Below are positions 1 to 14,673 of a DNA stretch of 64,000 nucleotides, piece by piece. The notes under the pieces were generated by a model. It was not told where the DNA came from, ran no database searches, and saw nothing but the letters and a program-made list of their open reading frames with translations. Both the position numbers and the translations under genes were made by a program. This stretch comes from Cycas panzhihuaensis (lineage: Eukaryota; Plantae; Cycadophyta), in NCBI GenBank assembly GCA_023213395.1, contig CM041465.1:203553741-203617740 (forward strand), given 5' to 3'. The stretch's first letter is position 1. Every line of letters starts with the position of its first letter.

Positions 1-659
1 TTGGTAGTTCTGAGAAACTCATTGGTGAGAAATCAAGGCTAGTTAGAGGAGAAATATATCGTTGTAGAAGAGATATTATCCATGGTTTAATCTTAATAAT
101 AGGCCATGCTTTGATCTGCTGTGGAAGATGAATTTTCTTTAATGTTCCCGTTCTGATACCATGTTGGAGAGAGGGTATCATTATTAAATCGCAGGCATAA
201 TATCAAATAAATTGAATGAAAAATCAATAAGACAATGCTCCATGATTTAGCAGGTAGAAAACCCTTATAAGAGAAAAAAACCACCTCAAAAATATATATT
301 ATATTATAATAAAAATGTATACAACTAAATTTGAGGATCTCATTCTCTCTCTCTTCTGCCAGCTAGAACTAATAACCACGTAGCCAACCTATAATGAAAG
401 ATTCTCAAATAATTATTTGAGAAGATAGATAAAGGTTTGTTGAAATGGACAACTGTCCATTTCACTAAACTTTTAGTAAATAATAACTAAATACATAATA
501 GTTGAACTTTATAACAATTAAACTTTACAATAATTAAACTTTATAAAGATAATATTATAACTTTAATACATTAATATAAATATTATTTATAATATACATA
601 ATGCATATTAACTCATTCATGTATTATATAAGCCAGTTAATATGTCTTAGGGCTAAACA
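1..659 (-). mobile_element. 5' LTR (about 162-659) plus PBS of an LTR retrotransposon that continues off the left edge
   Basis: On the minus strand the LTR end ...CCAACA is directly followed by TGGTATCAGAA (161-151), a tRNA-iMet-type PBS. The other candidate terminus is TGTTTAG at 659. No second LTR is present to confirm the boundary. Confidence 0.5.
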
Positions 660-1521
660 TTTTGTAGTTATCCCTTTGTTCTTTGTGTTAATCCATCTGA
701 ACATGTCAAAAACTAGAACTTTGTAGATTAATTATTTGGGTGGCACAAAAATAAGAGTCAATAAACTGGTTGCCTTACTATCATTATTTTTTGTTATATT
801 ATTGTCATCTATCTCAAAATTTATATTTATATTTATGATATATTATCATATATGGATAAGATAATGATTAATTAGGGGTTAATAAGCTTAAAAACTAAAT
901 AAATTGTGACTCTAAACACTTTGTCAACTTGCCAATATGTTTATCATTATATTTAAATATTTCATTATTTTGTGAGCTCATTACCCTCACTTATGTTTTG
1001 ATAGTTCTACAAATATATCTTATGCACCAAGTGAGTACAACCTTATTGTTTACTCAATCACAAATAGTTGCAAGATGTATAGATTGTACTAATATTATAT
1101 ACGTTTTTTTTTTAATATATCAAATCTATAATGTAATTATATATATAAGACCCATTCATTTGTTTAAGTCATTTAAGACCCATACATTATAGACTACTCT
1201 AGGATAATGCCCATACCATCCATCCAACCCTAAAATGCAATGTGTAGAGGATCCATAAGGTGTATCTATAATTTGTCTCAAACAACGTTCTTTAATTTAT
1301 AATAGCCTATACATATTGTCAATCATGTCCTTAATACTCCCTCTCCTCATGCACCTTGCTCATTTAAGTGGATATATTTCATCCAACCAAAAGAGAGAGT
1401 GCTTGTTAATTAACCAATAGTGCTTAACAATAATGACAAGGAAAATCATCTATGTCTTTCCACATAACTCATATCTCATTAAGAGAATAGTCATAAGCAT
1501 GGCATCTCTAAAGTCCACATT

Positions 1522-2010
1522 TGTAATAAATACCCTAATTAAAGCACTGCACTATGATATATCCTAAGAGTCTTGGGAAGCACTATAGTGCATGGATGCA
1601 TGCATTTAATATGAATGTGGATACTAAAGACGTCACACTTGCTCAAAATATACAATGAACTTTAGTGGAGCAAGTTTAATTGAACAAGATTATTAGTGCT
1701 TTTATAATAAAGCCATTGAGTGATCAATTTAAGCATAATGAAAAATTAATTGTTATTTAAATGCAAGAGATATAAATAAATAACATAAAATCTCTCATAA
1801 TCTAACATTAATAATGGGAAAGAAAAAGAAAAAAATAAAATAAAATCATTGATTTTCCTCTTTTCTCCTCTCCCTTTGTATTTATTATTATTATTATTAT
1901 TTGTTTGGATGGGGTTAGGGGGGGTGCAGACAATAATAAAAATAAGAACAAAAATAAAATAAAAGAAGACTTGATCCTAATGTGTTAGGATAAGCAAGTA
2001 GATAGTAAAA
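1522..2010 (+). repeat. Dispersed repeat, inverted homolog of 12950-13392
   Basis: TACCCTAATTAAAGCACT...TCCTAAGAGTCTTGG...AGACTTGATCCTAATGTGTT aligns by eye with the reverse complement of 12950-13392. Confidence 0.7.
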
Positions 2011-2493
2011 CCAAAAATAATAAAGGACAGAGCTTACAACAAAATATAGTCCTACAAGGATAAAACATATGGTCCCCAAGCACAACTTACATAGAAAAAA
2101 GAAAAACAAGATAATGGGCATTAAAATGACAAAGAGAAACATTAAAATATTAGTGGGAGTTTTATTTAAGATGGTCATGTAGGGGCCTATGATACATTCT
2201 TAAATAAAAACTCTTTTTAGACTCAATAACCCTAGTGTGCCCTAGCAAAATTCAAGATTGAATAGATCTATTAAATCCCTACATAAGAACTAATCGATAT
2301 TATTTAATAATAAAAAATATAGCATTATTCTGATTAAATTCAATTGGCTTAATTTCAAAACCATGCTTTTTATTAATGTGATCTACAATGATACCTTCAT
2401 TTTATCTATTATTAAGAAATCTCTTCTTTCTCATATCATACCACTTTTGAGAGTTGATAAGGGATCTTTGTATACCCTCTTATTTAGCCCCAA

Positions 2494-2889
2494 TGTTATA
2501 TGATAACTTGGCATTGGTAAAAAATAGTTAAGCTAACACTTTTCTAAGGAGACTTGGTTGTTTATGTTAGCCATTAACTTTGTGTACGAGCCACTTATAT
2601 CTGCTAATAGGAATTGAGGCCATTTTTTTCACCAATTATATCTTGCGCAAAGGGGGCTCTCTTGCATATTTAAGACCCACTTATTGTAAAAGAGGTTGTT
2701 GAATCTTGTATTATTTTAGAAGCTTGTACTTTGGTACCCCTTTTTTGGTGATCTTGGTGCTGTCTTAGTGAACTTATGTTCTCTTTCCTTGTAATTCATC
2801 TTTCAAGTGATAATAAAGTGTTGTCAATTTTGCCCAATATTTATGTGCTTTTATTCAAGTTAGAGAACCATTAGAGTAAGATTATTCCA
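2494..2889 (+). repeat. 5' LTR of the 2494-8653 element
   Basis: Diverged direct repeat of 8256-8653, followed by the PBS. Confidence 0.9.
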
Positions 2890-4199
2890 AATGGCATTAG
2901 AGCCAATTTTTTGATCCAACAAGAAGTAACATGTTCTAAGGAAGGGAAATTTTTCTCTTGATATATCACTATAGACCCTTTTCTCCAATTCTGTTCATTT
3001 CTATTCAAGTGATATTTGTTCAAATTTTCTGTCAAGCTACAAGCAGACAACAAAGTTCCATCATGTCTTGTCCCTTTCCCCTAACAATTAGGTAGAGACC
3101 CTATGTTTAAGGTCTATAAACATCATGATGATCTATTGTTCTAAGCTAAGTATATGTGGCCATAAACCCATATGTGATGCAAAGTGGTATAATAATGCTT
3201 ACGTAAGTTTCACATAGAACCTAACTATAGAAGCGAGTCTTCACATACCCTCAGGTATATTAGAGGACCCCTTTAGGTTCCCCCCTTCCAATCTAGAGTA
3301 GGAAACCAACCAATCATTTATCCCTCTTTAATGCATAGGTTAGTGATTAGAACCCAAAAGTTACCCTACTCGAATAACTCTACATGATTGTAGACCTCAC
3401 AAGGATGCATATTCCTCCATAGGTAGCACCCTAAGACATTTGGTTGAGCTATAATAATGATAGGGAAGTTTATCGTGGGGCTTACAGAACCAAACACTCC
3501 TCTATTAGTGTCTGGTACACTTCCCCCCAATCATCTTTATCACTTTCTTAATAAAATTATTCATCATAAAAATTACTCACATTGTTACATATCTGACACT
3601 AAAATCGTCTATTGTTGAGATAGTTGTAACTCCTAATATAAGCCCGTGAAGTTATTACACATCTAAAGACATATAGGTTGAACTTGTATCAAGTAGTATC
3701 ATTCAAGATAACAAAGCATATAAGCACCTCAATCTAAATCATAGCAAGCAACAATTGATGACTAATCTACAAGCACCATAATCCAAACCTAAGTTTTGAG
3801 TTCTGTACTAATTGAACCTACTCCCCATTTTTAGACCACTTAAAGAAAAAAATGAGGAGTCTACAAGCTCACTTCAATGAGTACTTCTCTATTTTTGACA
3901 AAACTTGCACCAATAGATTTGTCATAAAAAAAAAGGTCCACGGTTATAAAATTACCCTATAAATTCATAGGTCTTATTTTGATTAATGCATCGCATTTAT
4001 TATTTTATACTAGAGTAAATTTAATCATCAATTTTGGGGTACAATGATATATAGGCACCCTCGTAGGCCTTACTACTTGATTTCCACCCTTAAACCTCAC
4101 CTATGCCATTTTGACGAGTTTTTTACACCCGTCTTAGTGCTTTAGATGATATTATTGTGTATTTTTTAGGGGTTAATAGGCTATAAGCATTATTGTATA

Positions 4200-7100
4200 T
4201 ATTTGATCTATGCTTCGGTCCACTTAGATGGGAAAGCATATCATTGGTTCTAGTAGTTGAGTTAAGAACACCTAATGAACCAAACATGGGACCTCTTCTC
4301 TAAGATATTTTTTGAACAATATGATGACATATAAAATCAATTATTTTTTATCTAGCTTACCTGACTCAAATAGACAACTTTGGTTGAGGCATACATTGAT
4401 GAGTTTCAAGCACTATAGAATTGAGTATCTCAACTACTTGATATCCAAACTCTCATTGATATTTACACTTTTAGTCTTAAGGAGTGTATTTAAATTCATT
4501 TAAAAGTTATTACTTTATTTTCCTTAAATGATGACATATCCAAAGCAAGGGTAGTTGAAGTGAAATTTACAATAAAATGATCAACAACTTTTAGGAAGGA
4601 CTTAATAATGGTCCTATCTACTCAACCAGCAACATCGATGCCTATGATTAGATAAACACCAATGGCTAGCACTGGACTCATTTTTAGGTCTAGTTCATAT
4701 TCTATCAATAAAAGTTAATCATCATCCAAAGGCTAGCCTCTGTCTTGAGTGATTAAAAAAGTAGGTTCTCGGTCACACGAAGGTGTGTAAGGAAAGTCAC
4801 ATGATCTTTACCATTGATCCTGATATTAACGAAGATTCTAAAGTTGAAACAAAAGTCAAACTAGATGATACCCCCTTAAGACCCTCCCTTATCTATTTCC
4901 TAGCCAAATATATTTGTATCAGTAGTTTCTTCCTCATCTTGCCCTAGACCTCCCTGCATAAAAGGTACTCTATGAAAAACATCCATGTCAATATTGATTA
5001 ACGGTGGCATGTCATAAACTTTTATAGACATATCTCTAGCTTGCTAATTAAACTTGTATATTATCCATAAAATATGATTCATCTGCTCCTTTTGTGGCTA
5101 TCAAACCTTATATTTTATGGGCACTATAAAAAACGTCCATCTTCGAATCGATACGTATCAGCTTACATATGATTTCTATGCTGTATTTATAAGAGGATCT
5201 AATGTCATCCTTAAGGTCCAATGGCTCCAAATGTTGGGCATGTATAACATGAACAATTTCCCTATAAATCTATTCATTTTATTTAAGGATCAAATGGGCC
5301 AAATACATAAATTATATGGAATTTAATCACTGCTTAATCAACTAGTATTACCTAATCAAATATGTAAGCATTTAAACAATAACATTGGTGACAATGTTTA
5401 CATTAATAACATTCAACCTTCTACAAATATTCATCCTCTTATGCAGCCTCTTCTCAATAAATATCAATCTATATTTGCCCCCCTTTCAACCACTACCCCC
5501 CTTGATCGTGGATTTTATCATGCAATCAAACTCAAATCGCCACAGGACCCTATTAGCCTTCAATTTTACAAGAAGTCATATTTTTAGAAGAATGAAATTG
5601 AAAAGATAACAAATGAATTAATCAGTATGGGCATCATTCAGCCTAGTAAAAGCCTGTATACTTCTCCCATTATCCTAGTAAGAAAAAAAAATAGATCCTT
5701 TCGACTTTATATCGATTATCAGGAACTTAATAAAATCATAATAAAAAATAAATTTTCCACTCCTTAAATTAATAATATGCTTGAAGAAATACATGGGGTA
5801 ACGATATTCTCTAAATTAGATCTTTAGTCTAGCTACTATCAAATCCTTATTAGCCTCGAGGACTAGCCCAAAACTACTTTCCAAACGCATCATGCACTTT
5901 AAATTCTAGGTGATACCCTTTGACCTATGTAATGTCTTAACAACATTCCAAGCACTAATGAATAAATCTTCAACCCTTGCCTTCGTAAATTCATTATCAT
6001 TTTTTTATGACATCCTTGTTTATAATCAGACTTTTGATGATCACCTTCAACATCTAGAGTCAGTCTTACAAATCTTTGCCTACCATCAGTTGTACATTAA
6101 ACTACCTAAATATGAATTTAGAAGAATTGAACTACAATACCTTGGATATTTCATTTCATCAAAAGGAGTCCAAGTTGATCCTAAGAAAATTTCTTTTATT
6201 ACTGCATGATATATGCCCAAAACTCTTACTTAACTACAAGCCTTTCTAAGACTCACAGTTTTTTGTAGAGGGGTTGTTTGCAATTATACCTTATTGGTAG
6301 CCCCACTCATAAATTTACTACACAAAGAGGTATTCTAGTGGTTATTAAAGGTAGAACACGCCTTCAATAATCTTAAAACCATTATGACATCCACCCTTAT
6401 TCTTGCCACACCTAATTTTTTCCTACCCTTCTAACTGAAATGTGATGCTTCAAAATATGGCATAGGTGTTATTCTCATATAAAATTTCCACCTAATAGCA
6501 TTTGAAAGTCATAAACTTAAAGAGCATGAATGTCATTTATCAACTTACTAAAAAGAAATGTGAGCTATTCTGCATGCTATCGATAAGTGGCGACAGTACC
6601 TTTTGGGCTCCTGATTCATCATATTTACAAACCATCACATCCTTTGTCGCCTCTTAGATTAACCAATCCTATCAGAAGAACAAGCTAAATAGATTGACCA
6701 CCTACAAGTTTTTAACTTCTCCACTGAATTAAAAAAAGGCAAGGAGAACGTGGTTGCTAATGCCTTTTCTTGCATTCCCATAAAGCCCCCTACCAATGAA
6801 CCTAGTATTCATTCCATCTCTAAAACCAAGCCACTATGGTTAGCAGACTTGGTAACAAAGAATCTCTCCCACCAAAAATTTGACGAATGGGCATTTAAAG
6901 TTCACACTAAAAAAGATTAGTCTTTCTATAATCCTTAACTTTTATATCAAAATTGAATTTTTGTTCATCCTTCCTTGTCATTCATTCCTCAAATTTTGAT
7001 TGAATGCCACTCTACCCCCATTGGTAGCCACTCTGGTTTTGATAAAATGTAAAAACAAATTTGATCTGACTTTCTCTTGGCCTAATATGAAATTTACCAT

Positions 7101-8240
7101 TCTTCTATTTGTCTTTGAATGTAATACTTGCTAAAGGCATAAGGTTGATACAAAAACTTAACCTAACCTCCTCTAACCTCTGAATATACCTCAGGGTAAA
7201 TAGTAGGATATTGCTATGGATTTCATCATTGGGTTACCGTTATTTTTTAGATTTGACTCGATATGGCTTGCTATCAATAGACTTACCAAGTACAAACATT
7301 TCTTACCTATTCACACTTTATACAGAGCTTTATATCTATTCAATTTTTCATATCAATGGCTTCCCATCCTCAATAATTTACGATCAAGACCCAAAATTGA
7401 TAAGCACATTTTGGTAAGAACTCTTTCAGGCATCTGAGACCTTATTTAACATGAGATCAACTTAGCATCTACAAATTGATGGTCAATCTGAAGTTCTAAA
7501 TAAGATGTTAGAAATATATTTGCACTACTTTGTATTAGAAATCAACATAAATGGACTTCATGGCTAGCTCTTACATAATATTGGTACAACTCTTCACACC
7601 ACTCAGTAATTGGCATGTCATCCTTTATGCCCCTCTATGGATACTTGCACCCATTTCACCCCACTCTTGCCACTAATCTTTGTAATGTTGCAATCCACTA
7701 AAATCTTTAAGTCATGGACCAAATTCTACATACACTTAATCAAAACCTTGTAACAACCCAAAATCACATGAAACAACTTGCCAACTGCTGTAATTTTGAT
7801 CAATCATTTGATATGGATGATTTTGTATTCCTTAGACTTTAACCATATAAGCAATAGTTCCTTAAATATCATTAAAACCAAAAGTTAAGTCCTCACTATT
7901 ATGGCCTTATAAGGTCCTTCAATGAATTGGTGAAGTCATATACACACTTGAACTTTCTCCCCATATAAAAATCCATAACATATTCTATGTCTCATACCCA
8001 AGAAGACTTCAAGTAAAAACATAGTAACTCAATCTACCTTTCTAATATTGAATAAAGAACAACATCTCACTGTCTTACTTGATCATCTTCTTGCTAGCTG
8101 CCAACACTGTCTTCAGAATAGGACCATTTTTAGTACTTGGTATAATAAGCTAGTTGTCCACCAAACAAAGCTACATGGAAATTTGTCAAAAATTTTAAGT
8201 GGTATCCCCATCTTCTTCTCATCTTCAAGGACTCAACATC
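4200..8240 (+). pseudogene. Degenerate gag-pol polyprotein (many stops and frameshifts)
   Basis: RT fragments (IPFDLCNVLTTFQALMN; FFYDILVY), RNase H (KCDASKYGIGVIL), integrase (MDFIIGLP) and a chromodomain-like tail (CLQNRTI..). Confidence 0.88.
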
Positions 8241-8255
8241 TTAGGGGAGGGGACC

Positions 8256-8653
8256 TGTTACAAGATAACTAAGCACTAAATATAAATGGATAAGTTAACA
8301 CTTTGCTAAGGAGACTTGGTTGGTTAGTGTTAGCCATTAACCTTTGTGTGTAGGCCACTTATGTCCACCAATAGGAATTAAGTTTTTTTTTTTTTTCCAA
8401 TTGTATCTTGTGCAAAGAGGTCTCTCTTGTCTATTTAAGGCCCACTTATTGTAAAAGTGGTTATTAAGTCTTGTACTATTTTTGGAGGTTGTACTTCGAT
8501 ACCCCCTTTTGGTGATCTTGATGCTCGCTTGGTGAACTTGTGTTCTCTTTCTTTGTAATTCATCTTTCAAGTGATAATAAAGTGCTACTAATTTTGCCCA
8601 AAATTCGTGTGCTTTTATTTAAGTTGGAGAATCATTGGAGTAAGATCATTCCA
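8256..8653 (+). repeat. 3' LTR of the 2494-8653 element
   Basis: Follows the PPT and matches the 5' LTR. Confidence 0.9.
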
Positions 8654-10994
8654 CCTAACCACAAGAATTTTTGTATTGTATATAAGAACATTTCTAACTT
8701 TGAATCCATGTCATAATGGTTCTATTCTAAAATTCCTTCCCTCGTAATATAAGAGTTGCCTTTTTCTCATTTAGTTTTTGTATCATCGACCTATGCATCT
8801 TTTGTGATTTCTGTTTGCGAGTTTTGCTTCACCTCAACAACGCTCGTTTTTTTCTATTTCTTATTTTTTTTAATGTTGCATTTTGAGACACCTTTGCTTC
8901 ATTTATATTTCTTTTTGGAGTAAATGTTTTAACATGTTTATTGTTATGAAAAGTTCCCCTTGTTTTCTACCCTAATTCTCTTATGTGCTTAGGTAAAAAA
9001 TGGGTTCATAAATTGGTCAACATTTGGATGAATTAAAACAATATATGTTTCTAAGGATATATTAAGTTTAATATGTGAATGTATATGTGTAAGCTATGTT
9101 CAACTAGTTAATTTCACTTATCAATCTATGAATAAGGTGTTTATTCAAATCTAATTAATGCCTCATCCTCACCATAATGGAAATACTAGCACTAGATTGT
9201 CACATTTATATTTTCATATAGCAAGTCAGTAGGGCCAACCTATAAGGCTTTTATGTTATCTAACTACTATTTTGACTAAGTTTTGTTAGGTGGTCTCCTT
9301 TAGTTATACTATTGTAAATTCTTTTTAGCATGAGTTCCATAGTCTCAATGGAGAAATCTAAGTTAAATCTTAAAATCTAAAATTCATTTAAAATATTGAT
9401 CAATGAATGATAAAGCCCCTTATAATTTTTCTAAAGGGGATCATTAAATCAATTGTGGTCTTAAGATTGAACTTAGAGAGCAAGTATAAAATTCAAATTC
9501 GATTAAAAACCAAAGTCTTTATAGTTTTGTTGTAGAAGTTATGGTGTAATAACATATTCTCATTCCTCTTAGGAGCTTATCCCTAGATGGTTTAGGATGT
9601 TGCTCACAAAGGGTCTCATTATGTATCATGTAAAGGGTTTTAGTCTAGCAAAAACTTAAAAAAAAGAGTGGTTATGGTTTTGATTTAACAAATAAACTAG
9701 GACATAGCCCAGGGACTCAAAGAAAATTAAAAAAATAAAGGAATAATATTGTTTTTTAATATAATCACTAAAAACCAACTTGCATAAGTCTATGCTTACT
9801 TTTAAAAGGTCAACAAAGTGACCATGTACTCAAATCCATGGGTAAAGCCAAAGTTCCACTTATAAACCTAAAAAATGAGAAGTGTGTAAAGTGGATTCTA
9901 GTTAATTATTGTTTAAGGCTTTTACCAAATATGTAGTGCTTGCATAAGTTCTTTCAAAATTTTAATTTAAATTTAAAAATGAATGAAAATTTAAAAAAAA
10001 AAATTGTAGTATATATGGACCTTTGATCAGTTTACCAAAATGCTTGAGTGTAAACAAAATTATTTTAATTTTCAAGATGAACCCTCCCTCTTAATGCAAT
10101 AAATCATATTGCTTTCAAAATAAAACTTCCCTTTCTATGTAGGTAAATTTTAACTTGAACCATATGTAGAAAACAATAATGAAAATACACCCCTTAATGT
10201 AATGGAATTATTTAATTTTTAAAACAAACCCATTTATTGTCGGATGCAAAATTCTATAATTCCAAATACAAGATAAAGTTCACTTTTACTTTTAAAGTTA
10301 TATTCCCCCTTAATTAGTAAATTGATGTACTTTTTGTTGAAGAATCTTTATTTTTATAAAGTTTTAATGAATATGCTCCTTCCCCACCTATTTTTTTAAT
10401 ACAAAATTCATATATTTTTATCTATAAAACTTTCTTACTTTATGATGTAAAAATTGAATTAGAAACAAGGGAATGAAAATGTTCAAGGCTCAAGTCTTAA
10501 ATTACATTCTAATAATCCCTTTCCTATTGCTTTTATCCTTGAAATTATTTGTCCCTTCAAGAAAATAAAATTTATTGCGATTTGAACCCACAACCTATCT
10601 TCTAAAATGTTTTTTTTTTTCCCTTTTAAATATTAGATTAATTCCCATTTTCTTTCTGGTCCAAAATAAAAGACAATGTAAAGTCGTAAATGAACTAAAA
10701 AGAAAATGGCTTTAAGGGGGTTTAAACCTATGAACCTTCCCAACCTAGCGTTTTAAGAACTCTTCTTCAAACCACTTAATAATTTGGTTCTAATTATCTA
10801 GTTTCCTCTTGTGTAGGAAGTTTCATTTCATTATATATGGGTCGGAGTTAAATAATAGACATTAACACTTGACCTTGTATTTATAAGACCTTAACTCAAT
10901 TGCACATAACCATAAATACCTTAAGAACATTTGTGCACCTATTTCACAAACTATTCTGTTAGGTCGATCATAAATGAGATAGAATGCATAATAA

Positions 10995-11685
10995 TGTTGA
11001 CCAAGTCGTAAGCATTTGTAGGTTGCAGCAAAGAGGGCCGAACACTAAAGATAAAACAAATGCAAATGACAATTGGGAAGTAGGAGTAATGTAGAGGTAA
11101 CAATGGGGATATAATAATTAATCAACAATGGGAGTGGGCAGATCACAAACACCGTAGGATTTCCAATATAATAGGAATTTCATAAAATTACAATTAATGA
11201 TTAACAGCCAAGTAACTTCATAACCTTGGTGGGTTGTTGTAGATCGGGTCCTATTAGGTACAATTGACAACCTTGATGGACGATGGCCACCTTGTGCGGT
11301 GTGGATATGATGCCTGACAAGGCGATGTAAGATTTGCACACGTCATCATAACAACCAAATGTGCAAGTTATGGTTAGAAAGGGGGTATATAAATTGGTAC
11401 AAGGTAGGGGTTCAATGGGGTTCACAGGTCAAGTGTTCATTAGGAAGTGGACAATTACCCCTAAACCCTTAATCACTTGCCCCCCACTCTTAACTGAGCA
11501 AGTGTTGAAAGGGGCCACACCCCTAATGAGCCTAGGGACTAAGCTGAGCCTCTTAAAAATTTTAAGATATGACGAGGCCCAAGGCTTATACAAACATGTA
11601 AAAGTTCATGCAATCACGTGTATATCTAAAAATTTATGACCTATGAGGTATGAAGATCATAAATATAATTGTGTATGTGTCAACA
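10995..11685. mobile_element. Possible solo LTR
   Basis: 7-bp inverted termini TGTTGAC...GTCAACA around a block that is more GC-rich than its flanks. No clean TSD. Confidence 0.4.
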
Positions 11686-12949
11686 ATTTTGTCTTTAGTT
11701 GAGGGAGAGGTTTAGTGTTCAATTAAGAGAGTTTGTTATTCAAAATATTTAAAATTTTATTCCCTAAGAGTTAATACATCTTATCTACATAGCTACCCTT
11801 GTCTTTTCTAGACTAATGCTAAGTGGGCTAGCAATAAAAAATTGATACAAATGGACATTAAGTTGTTATACTCTAACAACTCCAAACAAACCTCATTTTA
11901 ACTCCTTGTTAGAGGATTCACTCCTTTAACCATTATTATAGGTTTGAATTTATCTTCCCATAGAAGGAAAATGGTTTGAGAAAAATATGCACTTATTTTA
12001 TGGAGTTTATTACACTAAGGTCTAATGGCAAATGGCTATTTAGTTAAGATAAGTATTGGTGATGGTAATTACATTTGTTAGTAAAACCATAAAAGAGTTC
12101 TATATGCATTCTTCCTTCTATAAAAAGAATATGGAGATCCCTCAATAGAAAAAATAATTTTATTTTTCCTTTTCCTGGTCTCTTTGATAGAGGACATCCT
12201 TGCTCCATTACAAACATGGCATGTTTAGTATTTATAAGACTTTATGGCAAGTTACCAAAGCAACAATTATCTATTATCCATAAAGAGGTTGACATAGATA
12301 CACATTGACACAATAAGGAGACTCGCTCCCATAACATGTGTATTTTACCAATTAACCTTTAAGTTTTAATTCTTTGAAATAAAACCCACTACTTTTATCC
12401 ATAGCAATTTGCACGAGTTTAAGTAGGTATTTAACAATGTCATAACCAAGGTGGAAGTTGGCTAGCAACATAAAGTTCCTTTTTTATCTATATCCTTATA
12501 GGCAAGGGCCATAATTTAAGCTTATGTAGGTTTTATAGATTACACATGACTATCTTAGGGCCATATTTGTACCACAAGGATACCCCTTAAATTTTGCTCT
12601 TTTAGCATAATAGGGTATAACAAGCTCTTTTGGTTGTTCCATTTTGTATATTTGATGTACAACATGCTCTTGGATTAGAAATAATTCTTGAAAGGTAAGG
12701 CAAGTGAAAACTTGAAATTTGTAAATACAATTTTAATGAAACATTTTTAGATTATAAATATTTTTTAAAAAAGAGAAAAGTTTAAATAATACTATTGATT
12801 TTGCAAATTTATTGGGGGTCAATGAAATGTTTCATGGATAGGTAGAAAGGCATATTTGAAGAACATGATGAGAAAATCTTTAACAAACATTTGCATTCAA
12901 CTTTAAATCTTCCCTTATTCCTTCCCTCCATCATTTTCTTGTGTTTTTG

Positions 12950-13392
12950 TTATTCTCTTTAACTTAAATATAATTTCTTCCCAATACATTAGGATTAAGT
13001 CTCCCTTTATTTCTCCTTCTATTATTATTGTTGTTATTGTTATAATTATTCCAAATTTGAATATGAATGGAGAAAAAGAGAGGTAAAACTAATGTTTTGT
13101 ATTGTAATATAAGTATTGAATTATAAGAGATTTTAAGCTCTTTATTTGTGTTTATTGTATTTATAAGTCAACTAACTTCTTATCATGCCTAAATTAATCA
13201 CTAAATGACTTTGTTACAAAGGAACTAGTGATCATATCTTACCAAACCTACTCCACTAGAGGTCATTATATATTATCGGCAAGTGTGGCATCTCTACTAT
13301 CCACATTTCCACTACACACACATCCAAGGATTATAGTAGTATCCAAGACTCTTAGGATGCACTCTAGTGCTTTGATTAGGGTAGCTACTACG
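12950..13392 (-). repeat. Dispersed repeat, inverted homolog of 1522-2010
   Basis: Reverse complement aligns with 1522-2010 over several hundred bp. Confidence 0.7.
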
Positions 13393-13922
13393 TTGATATA
13401 ATTTCTTATGTAGGTCTTATCCGTTGACCTTTGTCATCATATTATATGTTATGTATTATTCGACATTCTTAACTAATCCATATCCTTTCATCTTATAACA
13501 ATCTTTTAGTAAAAATCATTAGAGCTTCTAAAACATGCATTACATCATTATGCCCCCTCTCTTAGCTCAAAATTTTATAGGGTATAATCCCATACTTATA
13601 ATAGTAAACCTTTTACATAATGATCTCAGAGCTAAATCATCCCTTAAACTAAGGATAACTCTAGTAGCAAAAGGGAAAAGATGAGAGTGCAAAACAATGC
13701 AAATCCTACTTGGAAATGGTTGGAACAACTAGAATGATTATAATTCAATATTTGAACTCATGGGGAATGGTGGAAAGACTGTTGTAGAATGGGAATGACT
13801 AGAAGGGAATAAGAACAATTAAGAGGGAATGATTCTTTGCCACCCTAATGATTACAACAGAAAATTTTTATATGGTCATATAAGACGTGCTATCATTAAG
13901 TTGTAACTTTGCTTTGTTTTGA

Positions 13923-13970
<48 letters not shown>
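13923..13970. repeat. (AT)n microsatellite
   Basis: Read directly; one G interruption. Confidence 0.97.
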
Positions 13971-13974
<4 letters not shown>

Positions 13975-14435
13975 ATTGAAGTTCTCTTTGATGTCGTTTG
14001 GGATCTGCAAATGAAATCCTAGTTGGACCTCTAGTTTGTGAGAAAACATCCTTTGAAGCTTTAAATGGAAGTTAGGTTTTTTTTAAACTTTTGCTCGTAT
14101 TTTTTCACATGGACTTCAAACTGTACAAAGTCTGATATCAATAGAAAGATCTTGTTGAGAGCTTTCTGTTGATGCATAGTTTAACCTTTAAAACTCCTTT
14201 TTTTTTTTTTTTCAAAATGTACTTTGGAAGATTTTAGGTAGAGGAGTCACTTGAATGCAGTTCTTCATACGATCTTGTTCAACTTGCATATGAGTTGTTT
14301 AATAGTGGTGAAGTAGTAGAGCTGGAATATTTTTAGTTTTTAGAATTTAAATTTGAGCAGAAGTTGAAGGTAGAGTCAAAGTCGAAGCCAGAGCGAAATC
14401 CAAAAAAATTATTTGATTCTTCATCTTCATCTTCA

Positions 14436-14673
14436 AAGAAAAAGCTTCTAAAATGGTATTTAAAAACTATAGAAGATGCTCAAAAGTTGTTACCTAATTT
14501 CAAGGGAAAGTGGAAGTCGAAGATGCAACCTTTTAAATAGGTGAACATGGCTCTAATGGCATGTATGTTAGATGCTGATGAACCATCTATTGTTGAAGAA
14601 GCCATAAAAAAAAAGAACTGGAATGATGATATGGATTTTAAAATCTAGGTTGTTGGGAAGAACCACATGTGGG
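14436..14673 (+). pseudogene. Copia INT-RT linker / RT-start fragment, related to the Copia at 28192-33374
   Basis: Translates KKLLKWYLKTIEDAQ...VNMALMACMLDADEPSIVEEA; compare KKVPRWYLKTIEE in ORF 29943-30227. Confidence 0.7.

Larger units (their letters stand above)
2494..8653 (+). mobile_element. Full-length degenerate Ty3/Gypsy chromovirus-type LTR retrotransposon
   Basis: LTRs 2494-2889 and 8256-8653 (TGTTA...TCCA). Degenerate PBS TGGCATTAGAGCC at 2892-2904. PPT AGGGGAGGGG at 8243-8252. TSD CCCAA/CCTAA. Domain order gag-PR-RT-RH-INT-chromodomain. Confidence 0.93.

Noticed and set aside
929-2178. Hydrophobic short ORFs as membrane peptides
   Set aside because: They reflect AT-rich codon bias (F/L/I/Y) in non-coding DNA.
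10575-10740. tRNA/SINE-like B-box motifs (reverse GGTTCAAATC)
   Set aside because: No A-box, cloverleaf or TSD is recognisable.
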